A DNA stretch of 64,000 nucleotides from Alphaproteobacteria bacterium (GTDB taxonomy: Bacteria; Pseudomonadota; Alphaproteobacteria; Bin95): positions 5,312,001-5,376,000 of the forward strand of contig CBDBGH010000003.1 of assembly GCA_965205265.1 (NCBI GenBank), in the 5' to 3' direction. Of the stretch, positions 42,097 through 51,854 are shown one piece after another. Position numbers and translations under genes: made by a program. The first letter of the stretch is position 1; the number at the start of each line of letters is the position of its first letter. The notes under the pieces are model-generated. The model did no database searches. It saw only the letters and a list, made by a program, of their open reading frames with translations, and was not told the DNA's origin.

Positions 42097-44745
42097 ATGA
42101 GAATTGTGAAGCATTGGGCGATCGCGGTCATGGCCGCCACGGCTCTGGGGCTTGCCGGCTGCGGCGGGGGCGGAAGCTCGCCGTCGACGACGACGCAGAT
42201 GCCGGCGCAGACGCAGACGCCCTACCAGAAGGCGGACGCGGCCATCAAGGCGGCCACGACGGACGCTGCGGTCGACAAGGCCGTTGCCGATGCAACGGCC
42301 GGCGTTTCCGGCGAGGAGCTCGCGAAGCTTCAGGCGGCGGCTGCGGCGCGCAAGACGGTGCTGGCGACGATGGCTCGCGAGATGGATCAGAAGAAGGCGC
42401 TGATGGACGCGCTCGCCGAGGTCGACACGTCCGACCTGTCGGACGCGGACAAGCTCGCCGCGGCCAAGGCGGCCATCGCGGCTCTCAAGGAGGCGCTGGA
42501 CGATGCGGGCGACGTGAGCGATGCCAACAAGGCGACGTATCGGACGCAACTGGCCAGTGCCCAGACAGCCGTGGACCGGAAAGAGCAGATGAACGCGCTT
42601 TCGGGGGCTTCCGGAAAGCTCGACATGGCTCTTGCGGCGTTTGCGGGCGTGACGCCCACGAAGGCGCAGCTCGACGCCGCCATGGCCGCTCTCAGAGAGC
42701 TGAAAGCGGCGATCGCGGGCGCCGAGGATCTGACCGACGACGAAAAGGACCGGTATCAGGCTCAGGCGGACCGTGCGGACGCTGACGACGGGCAGATCAA
42801 GACGGCGCAGGGCCATTACCACGATCATGTTGTCAAGAACATCGAGGGCACCCAGGTCGCGGCGGCCATGGAGGCGGTCAAGATGGTCACGAACACGTCC
42901 GGCGACGACACCGTGACGGACGCCCAGGCCGCCATCGACGCGGCCAAGGCGGAGATCGAGGGCGCAAACATCCCCGAGTCTGAAAAGGCGAAGCTTCGCT
43001 CGAAGATTGCCATGCATCAGGGCGCGCTCGACCGGGCCAAGGACTCCCGCATGGCGGCCAAGGCCGAGGAGACCCGCATCGCCGGCGTCGTCACGACGAT
43101 CACGGACGGCGAGATTAAGGCGGTCATGGACGCGATCGCCAGGATCACGTCCCTGTCCGAGGAAAGCACCGTGACCGACGTCGAAGCCGCCATCGCGGCG
43201 GCCAAGACGGCGATCGCGGACGCGAACATCCCCGAGGCCAACAAGGAGTTGCTGCGCACGAGGCTCGCCCTGCAGGAGGACGCCTTCGGCGACGCCAAGA
43301 CGGCGCGCATGGACGGGCACAGGATGGGCCGGGCGCTGTACGCGGCGATGGGTCCGTCCGATGACACAACGGCCCCGGTGAACGCGCTGAACAACCTCGC
43401 GACCGTCCCGTACTACATCACCAGTATCACCGATAGCCAGCACGACGCCCCGGCGGAGGCGACCGGTCAGAGGGGCGAGCGGGGGGACTTCCGCATCGAC
43501 CCCGCGGCCGGCGCGGGGAGCATCGCGACTGCGAACACCCACACCGCCGTGTACTTCAGGCACGGCGCGGAGGGGCGCCCCGGGCACGACACGACCATGG
43601 ACAAGGTGGGCCGGTGGAACGTCACGCACTACGAAAGGACCACCGGCTCCGGCAGCATGAAGGTCACCGACAAGGTCCGGGTGTACAACGACCGGCAGGG
43701 CGGCCCGCTGGAGAGATGGGGTGTCGTCCCGATGGATGCCGCGAAGTTCTTCAAGGACGACACCGACTGGATCAACAAGGGGACCTACGAGCCGTTCGTA
43801 TCCGGCAACAGCGGCCCAAAACACGCGCGCAGACTGACCCTGGGCACCGGGGTCGACCGGGCGATCGCATCCGCCACGTTCGACAAGTGGACCGTCGGGA
43901 TAGGGTCCGTGACCGCTCCGAAGCCGGCCGACGGGGGCGCGGAGATCAAGGTCCCCGGCACCTACTACGGCGCGCCGGGCAACTACTTCTGCCCCGCAAG
44001 CGGCACCTGCACGGTCGGGACCGGGGTCGGAGGAGGCGGGTTCGGCGGCTACTTCATGTCCGCCGACTGGTACTTCGTCCACGACGCGGGCGCGAAGGTG
44101 CTGGAAAGGGACCTCAGCTACATGTACTTCGGCTGGTGGGTGCGGAACGACGCCGACGGCATGCCGGCGGCGGTCAGCGCCTTCTACCAGTCCGTCGGCG
44201 GGGGCGTCGATCTCGCCACGGACGGCAAGAGCCTGAACGTCAACCGAGGCAGGGCGGCGACCTATGAGGGCCCCGCGATCGGCTGGTACGCCATCAACGA
44301 CCCGCTCAACGAGAAGGGCGGCGGTGGCGAGTTCACGGCGACGGCCACGCTGAAGGCCCAGTTCGGGACCGCCAACCTGAACGCCGACACGGGCCTGACC
44401 GGCACGATCCACGACTTCAGGCTGAAAAACGGGATGAAGAACGACTGGAGCGTGACGTTGAACAAGGCGGCCTGGACCACCGACCCCAGCTTGGCCACCG
44501 ATGCCCAGAAGGGCCACATCGTCAACACGGAAAAGACGGTGTGGTCGATCAACGGCAACAAGGCGGCGCCGGCCGGGAGCTGGGTGGCCAACCTGTATGA
44601 CGACAAGCCCGGCACGGTTGAGAATGGCGGCGACGGCAGCAACCATCCGACCGCGATCATGGGCAAGTTCCAGGCCGAACACGGCGGCACCCACCGGATG
44701 GTCGGCGCCTTCGGCACGGAGCTTCAGACGCCGACGACGGAGTAG
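42097..44745 (+). CDS. 882-aa surface lipoprotein, copy 2
   Basis: Translation appears identical to 34085..36733. Confidence 0.9.
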   Translation: MRIVKHWAIAVMAATALGLAGCGGGGSSPSTTTQMPAQTQTPYQKADAAIKAATTDAAVDKAVADATAGVSGEELAKLQAAAAARKTVLATMAREMDQKKALMDALAEVDTSDLSDADKLAAAKAAIAALKEALDDAGDVSDANKATYRTQLASAQTAVDRKEQMNALSGASGKLDMALAAFAGVTPTKAQLDAAMAALRELKAAIAGAEDLTDDEKDRYQAQADRADADDGQIKTAQGHYHDHVVKNIEGTQVAAAMEAVKMVTNTSGDDTVTDAQAAIDAAKAEIEGANIPESEKAKLRSKIAMHQGALDRAKDSRMAAKAEETRIAGVVTTITDGEIKAVMDAIARITSLSEESTVTDVEAAIAAAKTAIADANIPEANKELLRTRLALQEDAFGDAKTARMDGHRMGRALYAAMGPSDDTTAPVNALNNLATVPYYITSITDSQHDAPAEATGQRGERGDFRIDPAAGAGSIATANTHTAVYFRHGAEGRPGHDTTMDKVGRWNVTHYERTTGSGSMKVTDKVRVYNDRQGGPLERWGVVPMDAAKFFKDDTDWINKGTYEPFVSGNSGPKHARRLTLGTGVDRAIASATFDKWTVGIGSVTAPKPADGGAEIKVPGTYYGAPGNYFCPASGTCTVGTGVGGGGFGGYFMSADWYFVHDAGAKVLERDLSYMYFGWWVRNDADGMPAAVSAFYQSVGGGVDLATDGKSLNVNRGRAATYEGPAIGWYAINDPLNEKGGGGEFTATATLKAQFGTANLNADTGLTGTIHDFRLKNGMKNDWSVTLNKAAWTTDPSLATDAQKGHIVNTEKTVWSINGNKAAPAGSWVANLYDDKPGTVENGGDGSNHPTAIMGKFQAEHGGTHRMVGAFGTELQTPTTE

Positions 44746-44876
44746 CCGCACGGGGCCGGGCTCCCGTTCATGCGGGAGGCCGGCCCGGTTCCCGGTCGTG
44801 ACAAGGGTGGCGCGTTTCCTGCGCCGCCCTTCTTTTTCGATCGGGAGCCCGGACGGCAAGCGATGCGACAGACGCG

Positions 44877-46151
44877 ATGAGACCTTTCCGGTTCCTTGTT
44901 CCCGTGCTGGCGGGGCTGTCGGTCCTGCTTGTTGCGGCGCCCGTCGCGCGCCCCGCCCTGGGCCAGGATGCGACCGACATGCGCTTCCGGGCCGGGATGG
45001 AGGCGCTTGCCGCCGCCGATGCCGCACCGGACCGGGAAGCCCGCGAGGGCAGGCTCGACGAGGCGGTCGCCGCCTTCCGGGCCATCCTGGTGGACCGCCC
45101 GGAGCTGGTGCGGGTGCGTCTCGAACTCGCCCGCGCCTTCTTCCTGAAGGAGGAGGACACGCTGGCGCGGCGGCATTTCGAGCAGGTGCTGGCGGGCGAC
45201 GTGCCCCCGGCGGTCGCCGCCAACATCCGGCGCTTCCTCGACATCATCCGCGCGCGGCGGCGCTGGGAGGCGTGGTTCGGGGCGGCCATCGTCCCGGACA
45301 GCAACCTCAACGCCGCCTCGGGCGAGCGCACGGTCTTCCTCGACACCCCGTTCGGCCGGCTGCCTTTCACCCTGGACGATCCCGCGAAGCCCGAATCCGG
45401 CCTCGGCGTCTCCTTCTGGGGCGGCGGCGAATACCAGCATCCGCTGAACGACCGCCTGCGCCTGCGCGCCGGGGCGGACGCCAGCGTCCGGGAATACAGG
45501 GGCGGGGAGTTCGACCGGCATTTCCTTGCCGCCCATGTCGGCCCGCGCTGGCTGATCGACGCCCGCACCGAAGCGAGCCTGCTGGCGACCGCGGACCGGC
45601 AATGGACCGCCGGCCGGCCCGAGACCGACAGCGTCGGCCTGCGCCTCGAAGGCGAGCATCTGCTGACGCCGCGCCTCGCGCTCTTCGCCCGCGCCGGCGC
45701 CGCCCGGCGCAACTGCCGCGGCTGCGACTGGCTCGACGGCCCGGTGGGCGACGTCTCGCTCGGCGCCAACTGGGCCGCGCTGACCATCCTGCGCCTCGGC
45801 GGCAATGCCGGCTGGAGCTGGGCCCGCGCCAGGGCCGAACACTGGCGCAACAGCGGCCCGCGGGCGAGCCTCGGCGCCACGCTGGCGCTGCCGGCCGGCT
45901 TCACGCTCGGCCTGCGCGCCGCCCTGCAGCGCACCGACTATGAGGGCGGCGGCGCCGCCCACCGCACCATCGACCGCAAGCCGCGCCGGGACGACACGCG
46001 GACCCTCTCGGTCTCGGTCCACAACCGCGCCGTGACCGTGCTCGGCTTCAGCCCCCGCCTCTCCCTCATCCGCGAGGAGCGCAAGACCAACGCCCAGGCC
46101 CTCGACTACCGGCGCAACCGCGCCGAACTCAGCTTCGTGCGCCAGTTCTGA
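44877..46151 (+). CDS. Slam-family outer-membrane translocon, copy 2
   Basis: 424 aa; nine substitutions counted relative to copy 1. Confidence 0.88.
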   Translation: MRPFRFLVPVLAGLSVLLVAAPVARPALGQDATDMRFRAGMEALAAADAAPDREAREGRLDEAVAAFRAILVDRPELVRVRLELARAFFLKEEDTLARRHFEQVLAGDVPPAVAANIRRFLDIIRARRRWEAWFGAAIVPDSNLNAASGERTVFLDTPFGRLPFTLDDPAKPESGLGVSFWGGGEYQHPLNDRLRLRAGADASVREYRGGEFDRHFLAAHVGPRWLIDARTEASLLATADRQWTAGRPETDSVGLRLEGEHLLTPRLALFARAGAARRNCRGCDWLDGPVGDVSLGANWAALTILRLGGNAGWSWARARAEHWRNSGPRASLGATLALPAGFTLGLRAALQRTDYEGGGAAHRTIDRKPRRDDTRTLSVSVHNRAVTVLGFSPRLSLIREERKTNAQALDYRRNRAELSFVRQF

Positions 46152-46365
46152 ACGAACCCGGCCGCGGCGCGCCGAAAGGGGCCGGCCGTCCGGAAAGGGT
46201 GGACCCGACCCGCAGGACATGCCACAACGTGTCCTGGACAGGGCCCCGGGCTCGCGGGCAGGAGGACAAGGAAGCGGCAGGCGGGAAGACCGGAAACCGT
46301 TGCAAAACAAGGGTTCCCCGGCAACCTCCCGCAACGCCAACCGGAAAGCGAAAAGGCATCACAGA

Positions 46366-46384
46366 TGCGTCGGGTGTGAGAACC
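46366..46384 (+). repeat. 19-bp att/end motif (copy 3)
   Basis: Exact match; separates the Slam module from the conjugative backbone. Confidence 0.85.
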
Positions 46385-46741
46385 GAGGCCGCCCCGGGCG
46401 GTCGGGACGGCTGAGTCTGCGGCATTGACGATGGGGGAATCGACGCCGGCGAGAGCGGCGGAGGGGAGCAGCCGCGGGGTGTGAGCGGCGTCGTCGGGCG
46501 CGGCGTCCGAGGCATTCATGCGGAGCATGATGCGAGGGCGCGCGGGCGGCAGTGCGCCGGGTTCGGCGCAGTGGCCGGTGCACTCATGCGCGGCATGGTG
46601 CAGCGTCGGGTGACGCGGATGCGGAGCCCGAGCGCGGCGCGGAGCGCGCGCGAGGATGGCGTTGCAGCGACCGGTGTGCGCACGCGGAAACGGGCCGCAC
46701 TGCCGCCGGAGCGACGGTGCGGCCCGCGAGAGTGTTGCGGA

Positions 46742-47659
46742 TTAGGCGGCGCAGCGCATGACCGGGATGCCGAGCTGGCGCGCCTTGTCGACGAGGTTCT
46801 CGGTGATGCCGGAGCCGGGGAAGGCGATGACGCCCTTGGGCAGGAGGTTGAGGAGTTCGTCGTTGCGGCGGAAGGGTGCGGCGCGCCCGTGGCGGTCCCA
46901 GTCGGGCTTGCAGACGACCTGGTGGACGCCGTTCCGCTCGGCCCAGCCTGCGGCGATCTTCTCGACGCCGGGGCCGCCGCCGTGGACGAGGACGATGTCG
47001 GCGTACTTGGCGCGGGCCTGGTCGAGGCGTGCGATGACGGCGGCGGGGTCGGCGATGTCCCTGCCGCCGGCGATGGCGACGAGGGTGCCCTGCGGCAGGT
47101 GGGCGGCGGTCTTGCGGTCCTTGCGGGCGCGGATGAAGTCGCGGGCGTCGATGCTGGCGGAGGTCAGCTTGCCGGTTTCGGAGACGTGGCTGCCGCGCCG
47201 GGGGCGCCAGACCTCGCCGGTGGCGTCGCGGTAGGCGTCGGCGGCGATGTCGCGCAGGGTCTCGAAGGCGTCGCGGCGGTCTCCGAGGTTCTGTGCGCGG
47301 TCGGTGACGAGTTCGAGTTCGCGGGACTTGATCTCGGAGCCGTCCTGTTCGCGCTGGAGGTCGCGGAGTTCGGGGGTGAGCCTGTCGGCGGAGCGCTCGA
47401 TGCGCTGTGTCTGGGCGTGGAGCATGTTGACGAAGCCCCAGAGCAGGCTCTCGCGTTCGTCGGCGAGCTGTGTGCCGTCGGGGCAGACGTCGTTGGCGAT
47501 GACGCGGAAGGCGTCGGCGACGGCGTCGATGGCGCCGTCCTGGTCCCAGATGGCGCGGGTGTCGAACTCGTCGCGCTCGGGGGTGGCGCCGAACAGCGCC
47601 GCGTTCTCGCAGACGGTTGCGGTGACGGAGTGCCCGGTGCTCTCGATGATGGTGTTCAT
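46742..47659 (-). CDS. DUF2493 / YspA SLOG-like protein
   Basis: LLWGFVN, VAIAGG, LVHGG, HGRAAPFRRND, AFPGSGITENL; AGGAG RBS. Confidence 0.88.
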   Translation of the reverse strand: MNTIIESTGHSVTATVCENAALFGATPERDEFDTRAIWDQDGAIDAVADAFRVIANDVCPDGTQLADERESLLWGFVNMLHAQTQRIERSADRLTPELRDLQREQDGSEIKSRELELVTDRAQNLGDRRDAFETLRDIAADAYRDATGEVWRPRRGSHVSETGKLTSASIDARDFIRARKDRKTAAHLPQGTLVAIAGGRDIADPAAVIARLDQARAKYADIVLVHGGGPGVEKIAAGWAERNGVHQVVCKPDWDRHGRAAPFRRNDELLNLLPKGVIAFPGSGITENLVDKARQLGIPVMRCAA

Positions 47660-48130
47660 GTCGATCTCCTTGATCGTTTTCACGTCCGGGGCCGATCCCC
47701 GGTGTGGTGTCCTGTTGGGTCACGCGCGCGCAGCGGAACCACCGGGTCCGGAATGAATGGCCCGATGGGGTGCGCGAGTGGTGCGGGCGCACAAGCGACC
47801 GCAGGGAGCGCGGAGCCACGGTCGCGCGCCGCATCGGGCCTAGGCGCGCGAGCGCCGTTTCATTGCGAGTCCCGGCCGGAGCGGAGCGGAGGACCCGCGC
47901 AGCGGGTTGGTGGAGTGAGCACGTGTGTCACAATGGGACATCACAGCGGGGTGGCGTATCTGTTTCCACACGCACGGACCCCTTGGGCGGTTCCGCCCGG
48001 CACGGCCTCCGGGAGTGCTCCCGGACCTGGCCGCCGGGCGTGCAAGCGGAGCGCGCAGGGAGCGCCAGCGACCGGAGGCATCGCCCGGACGATCCCCGCG
48101 CCGTTCGATGGGGCGCCGATGGACAGCCGG

Positions 48131-48358
48131 TCACCCCCACAGAGGATGCGAGAGGATCCGCTGCCCGGCCACCTCGCGGATGCGGTCGCGGTCATGGACG
48201 CGGCAGGGACCGCGCGGATCCTCGTCGAGATGGATGACGTAATACCGCGCGCCCTCGCGCAGCGGATCGTCGCGGGCGCAGACGTCGCCGACATGGTCGC
48301 CGTCGCAGTAGATGCGCGACCGGTCCGGGGCGATGCGGCGGAAGGCGATGGCGCTCAT
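48131..48358 (-). CDS. hypothetical protein (75 aa)
   Basis: ATGA coupling to the upstream gene; VIHLDEDPRGP. Confidence 0.65.
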   Translation of the reverse strand: MSAIAFRRIAPDRSRIYCDGDHVGDVCARDDPLREGARYYVIHLDEDPRGPCRVHDRDRIREVAGQRILSHPLWG

Positions 48359-48690
48359 GACGCGCGCCCCTGCGCCAGCTGCCGCGCCGCCCAGGCCGCG
48401 GCACGGGCCAGCACATGGCCGTGACAGGGCAGCGGCGCGCACCAGCAGGCGAGGCGGCGGCCATGCAGCGCGGCCAGCGCCTCCAGATCGATCTCGCCGG
48501 CGCGGATGCGCCGCCAGAGATCGGCGCGGTAGCGCGCGATCGCCTGGGCGCGGTCCTGGCCGGGGCCGATCCGGAACGGATTGCCCCAGGGCGTGCGGCG
48601 GTCGATCAGGACGGCGGCGTCCTGCACCGGCTGGCGGGCGAGCAGCGCGCGCAGCGCGGGTGCGTGCTTCAGGTTGATGACGGCATCCAT
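48355..48690 (-). CDS. DUF4326 family protein
   Basis: IDRRTPWGNPF, LHGRRLACWCAPLPCHGHVL. Confidence 0.88.
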   Translation of the reverse strand: MDAVINLKHAPALRALLARQPVQDAAVLIDRRTPWGNPFRIGPGQDRAQAIARYRADLWRRIRAGEIDLEALAALHGRRLACWCAPLPCHGHVLARAAAWAARQLAQGRAS

Positions 48691-48756
48691 CGACTTTCTC
48701 CTCTCTTCGGGGCGGCTTGCCCGGCCTCCGCATTCCTCTCCCTCCCCCGGACCGGG

Positions 48757-49731
48757 TCAGGCGCCGGGGCGGAACAGGGGTGCGAGGCGGGCGCGCAGCG
48801 CCGCCGCGCCGAGCCCGACCAGGTCGTCGTTGAAGTCGTTGCCCTGAGGGACGATCACCGTGGCGGCGACGCCGGCCCGCGCGGAGCGCCGGGCGAGGCG
48901 TTCGGCGGCGCGCGCGCCCTCCTCGTCGTTGTCGCGCGCGATCACCAGGCGGGCGAGGCCGGGCGGAGGCGCGAACGCGCCGAGGCTGCCGGCCGAGAGC
49001 GCCGCCGCGGCACGGATTTCCGGCACGGCGGCGACCAGCGAGAGCACGGTCTCGATGCCCTCGCCGACGACGAGCGCAGCGTCGTCGGCAGGAACGCCGA
49101 AGCGCACCGCGAGGCCGTGGATGCGGCCGAGCGCCTTGCGCGGATGCGCGACCCCCGCCTTGGCGGGCCGGCGCGGATCGAGCCAGGTGCGCTGGACGCC
49201 GAAGAGCCGGCCGTCGCCGCCGGTGACGGCGGCGACCAGCGCCGGGAGATGGCGCACCGAGGCGCCTTCGCGGTAGCGAAGGGCCGGGTGGAAGCGCAGC
49301 GCCGCGAAGCGGCAGCGGCTGAGCCCGCGGGCGTGGAGATAGCGCTCGGCATGGCTGCCGTCGAGAGCGCGGCAGCCGCGCCACAGGCGGCGCGCCGCCT
49401 CGGTGGCGTCCCAGGGGTCGTCCGATGCCGTTGCCGGCGCAGCCGGCACGGCGAGGAAGCGCCGCGCCTCGTCGAGGGCCGCGCGCAGCGTCGGCGCGCG
49501 GGAGCGGTGGCGAATGATGTCGAGCAGGTCGCCGTGCTCGCCGGAGGCGGCATCGGTGAACTTGCCGGGCGTTCCGGGGCCGGAGAGGCGGACGAAGAGC
49601 GAGCGCCCGCGAGCGCCGTCGAGATCGCCGCAGATCCAGTAGCGGCCCTGGCGACGGCCGTGGGGCAGGTAGTGGCGGCAGACCGCCTCGGCGCGCGCCG
49701 CGAGCGCGGCGGCGAGGGCGCCGGCGTTCAT
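48757..49731 (-). CDS. primase-like toprim-domain protein
   Basis: VCRHYLP.GRR.GRYW, GEHGDLLD, GEGIETVLS, ARDND, DFNDDL. Confidence 0.9.
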   Translation of the reverse strand: MNAGALAAALAARAEAVCRHYLPHGRRQGRYWICGDLDGARGRSLFVRLSGPGTPGKFTDAASGEHGDLLDIIRHRSRAPTLRAALDEARRFLAVPAAPATASDDPWDATEAARRLWRGCRALDGSHAERYLHARGLSRCRFAALRFHPALRYREGASVRHLPALVAAVTGGDGRLFGVQRTWLDPRRPAKAGVAHPRKALGRIHGLAVRFGVPADDAALVVGEGIETVLSLVAAVPEIRAAAALSAGSLGAFAPPPGLARLVIARDNDEEGARAAERLARRSARAGVAATVIVPQGNDFNDDLVGLGAAALRARLAPLFRPGA

Positions 49732-49961
49732 GGCCGGCCCCCGGCGGGACGGCGGCGGAACCTGTCATCGGGCATGGCGGGACTCCTGCATGGGAACGGA
49801 ACGCCCGATACCGGCCGGCCTCCGCCTCCGGCCGGCGCCGGAGAAGGCGCGCGCCGCGCGAAGCGCGGACGCGCCATGGAACCGGGGACGCCTCCGGACC
49901 GGCAGCAAAAAAAGACCGGCGCCGAAGCGCCGGCCAGGCCGGGGAGGAAGCATGACGCCGA

Positions 49962-50408
49962 TCAGAACGGAATCCGGTCGCCGTCCATGTCGGCGGGCGC
50001 CGCAACCGGAGCGGCGTCGCCCGCCATGTCCGGGTCGGGCTGCGGCCGGGAGCCGTTGGCCTTGTCGAGGAACTGGACGCGCCCGCCCGGGACCAGCAGG
50101 ATCTCGGTCGAGAAGCGGTCGGAGTCCTCGCCCTCCTTCTTCCAGCGCCGGGTCTGGAGCTTGCCCGCGACGTAGACCAGCCGGCCCTTCACCGCGTGCT
50201 TCACCAGCATGTCGATCAGCCCGTCCTGGAAGGTGACGATGCGGTGCCACTCGGTGCGGTCGACCCGTTCGCCGGTCTTGGCGTCGATGTAGGACTCGTC
50301 GGTGGCGATCGACATGTTGGCGACGCGGCCGCCGCTCTGGAGGTGATTGACGGTGACGTCGGCGCCGAGGCGACCGATCAGTTCCGCGCGATTGAGACCG
50401 AAGGCCAT
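49962..50408 (-). CDS. ssb: single-stranded DNA-binding protein
   Basis: LNRAELIGRLG, RTEWHRIV, GKLQTRRW, acidic tail ending IPF. Confidence 0.96.
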   Translation of the reverse strand: MAFGLNRAELIGRLGADVTVNHLQSGGRVANMSIATDESYIDAKTGERVDRTEWHRIVTFQDGLIDMLVKHAVKGRLVYVAGKLQTRRWKKEGEDSDRFSTEILLVPGGRVQFLDKANGSRPQPDPDMAGDAAPVAAPADMDGDRIPF

Positions 50409-50499
50409 GGGATATCTCCTTGCAAGGCTGGTTGCTGACGATGGGTGCGAACGGCCGGGGCCGGGGTCACTCTCCCGAACCCCCGACCGTTCAATCTCC

Positions 50500-50709
50500 T
50501 CAAGCCCTCCTCCACCTCCGGCAGGCCGGGGCGGACGCGGGAGCCGGGAAGAGGTCCGCGATGCGCCGTTCGGGAAACACCGCCTCGCGGTCGGCGCAGC
50601 GCAGCGCCCGGTCCTCGGCGATCACTTCGCGCACGCAGGCGGACGGGATGCCAAGCTCGGCGAGCAGTTCGCCGGTCTGATCGTCGAGGGAATGGTCGGG
50701 ATGGAACAT
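50500..50709 (-). CDS. hypothetical protein
   Basis: Co-oriented short ORF with GGAG upstream. Confidence 0.4.
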   Translation of the reverse strand: MFHPDHSLDDQTGELLAELGIPSACVREVIAEDRALRCADREAVFPERRIADLFPAPASAPACRRWRRA

Positions 50710-50799
50710 GGGCGGGGTCTCCTCTGCCGTGGCCCGGCATCGGCGCGGGGGACCCACTCCCTCCGCCCTGCCGGGCATTCGCCCGACAGGCGCTCCTCT

Positions 50800-51160
50800 C
50801 CGCCTCTACGCCCCGAACCGGATCGGTTTCTCCCACTGCCCGCCAAGTAGGATCGCGCCGTTGCGCGCGTGCAGCTTGCGGACGGCCGGCGAACACCGCG
50901 TCCAGGCCGGATGCAGCGGCGCGGCGTTATCCATGCGGGCCGGCAGTTCGGCCCGTCATGCCCGTTGTCGCCCCGCCACGGCAGCCACAGCGTCCGCCGG
51001 CCGGCGCTCCGGCTGCGAACGCGCTGTGCGCTCCATCCGCGCCGCCGCTCGCCAGATGCCAGCCGGTGCGCGCCAGCCATCCCGCCATCACCGTCATGTC
51101 CGCCAGCACGGCCATCGGCACCGCCCGCGCCCCGATGCCGGCGTAGGCCGGTGTCGTCAT
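50800..51160 (-). pseudogene. DprA/SLOG-like gene remnant (frameshifted; 3' boundary approximate)
   Basis: YAGIGAR..LASGGADGA, then LWLPW and KLHARN continue in other frames. Confidence 0.6.
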
Positions 51161-51379
51161 GTTCCGCCTCCACCGGTTGCAATCCCGCCGTTCTCTTGCC
51201 GGCCGGGTCGGCGGTGCAAGCGATGCGCTGGTTCGGAGCGCCGGGCGAGGCGATGGCAGTGTCGGGTTTGCTTGCCGTCACCCGCCCCTGCGGCCTGCCG
51301 ATCCGGATCGCATGTCTGTGGCGCACGGGAAGCGGCCAGCGCCGACGGCGACGGGCCGGCTGCGCAGCGGGACGGCGCT

Positions 51380-51649
51380 TCAATGCCACGGATCGCTCTC
51401 GGGATCGTCGTCCTCGGCGTGCATGGAGGCGGCGGCCATGGCGGTCCAGGCCGCGCGGTCGTATCCGAGGCGGCGGTTGAGCTTGTCGCAGATGTTCAGG
51501 GCATCGTCGAGGTTCAACGCGATCAGAGCGGTCGGCACATGGCCGGCCAGCCCTTCGATGACGATGCGGATCTGCTGAACGTCGGTCTCGACATCGTAAG
51601 CCGGGACGAAGCAGAAGTCGGGCTCGTCGGGCAGGGTCTGCGCAGTCAT
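51380..51649 (-). CDS. hypothetical protein (89 aa)
   Basis: GGAG RBS, ordinary composition, co-oriented with the backbone. Confidence 0.65.
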   Translation of the reverse strand: MTAQTLPDEPDFCFVPAYDVETDVQQIRIVIEGLAGHVPTALIALNLDDALNICDKLNRRLGYDRAAWTAMAAASMHAEDDDPESDPWH

Positions 51650-51854
51650 GAAGGTGCTCCTTGTCCGTGGAATCGGGGCCGGCGGTACGGACCCCGACGC
51701 GCCACCGGCGTCATGACGGCGGGCGCCGGGCCGGCAATATGTATCCGGGGAGGCGGCGGTGCGAGCCTGCCGTGGGGTGGAATCGCCGCCGACGCGATCC
51801 CGAGCACGGTTGCGCGGAGGACGGCGGGCCGGCCATGGGTATCACACGGGCCGC

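Larger units (their letters stand above)
41547..44832. repeat. 3286-bp inverted repeat, right arm
   Basis: Reverse complement of 33998-37283. Confidence 0.92.
39434..46365 (+). mobile_element. paired-integrase / lipoprotein / Slam module (~6.9 kb)
   Basis: Bounded by two 19-bp motifs; quasi-palindrome CCGTTG-N5-CAAGGG about 52 bp inside each end (39485-39501, 46297-46313). Confidence 0.7.
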
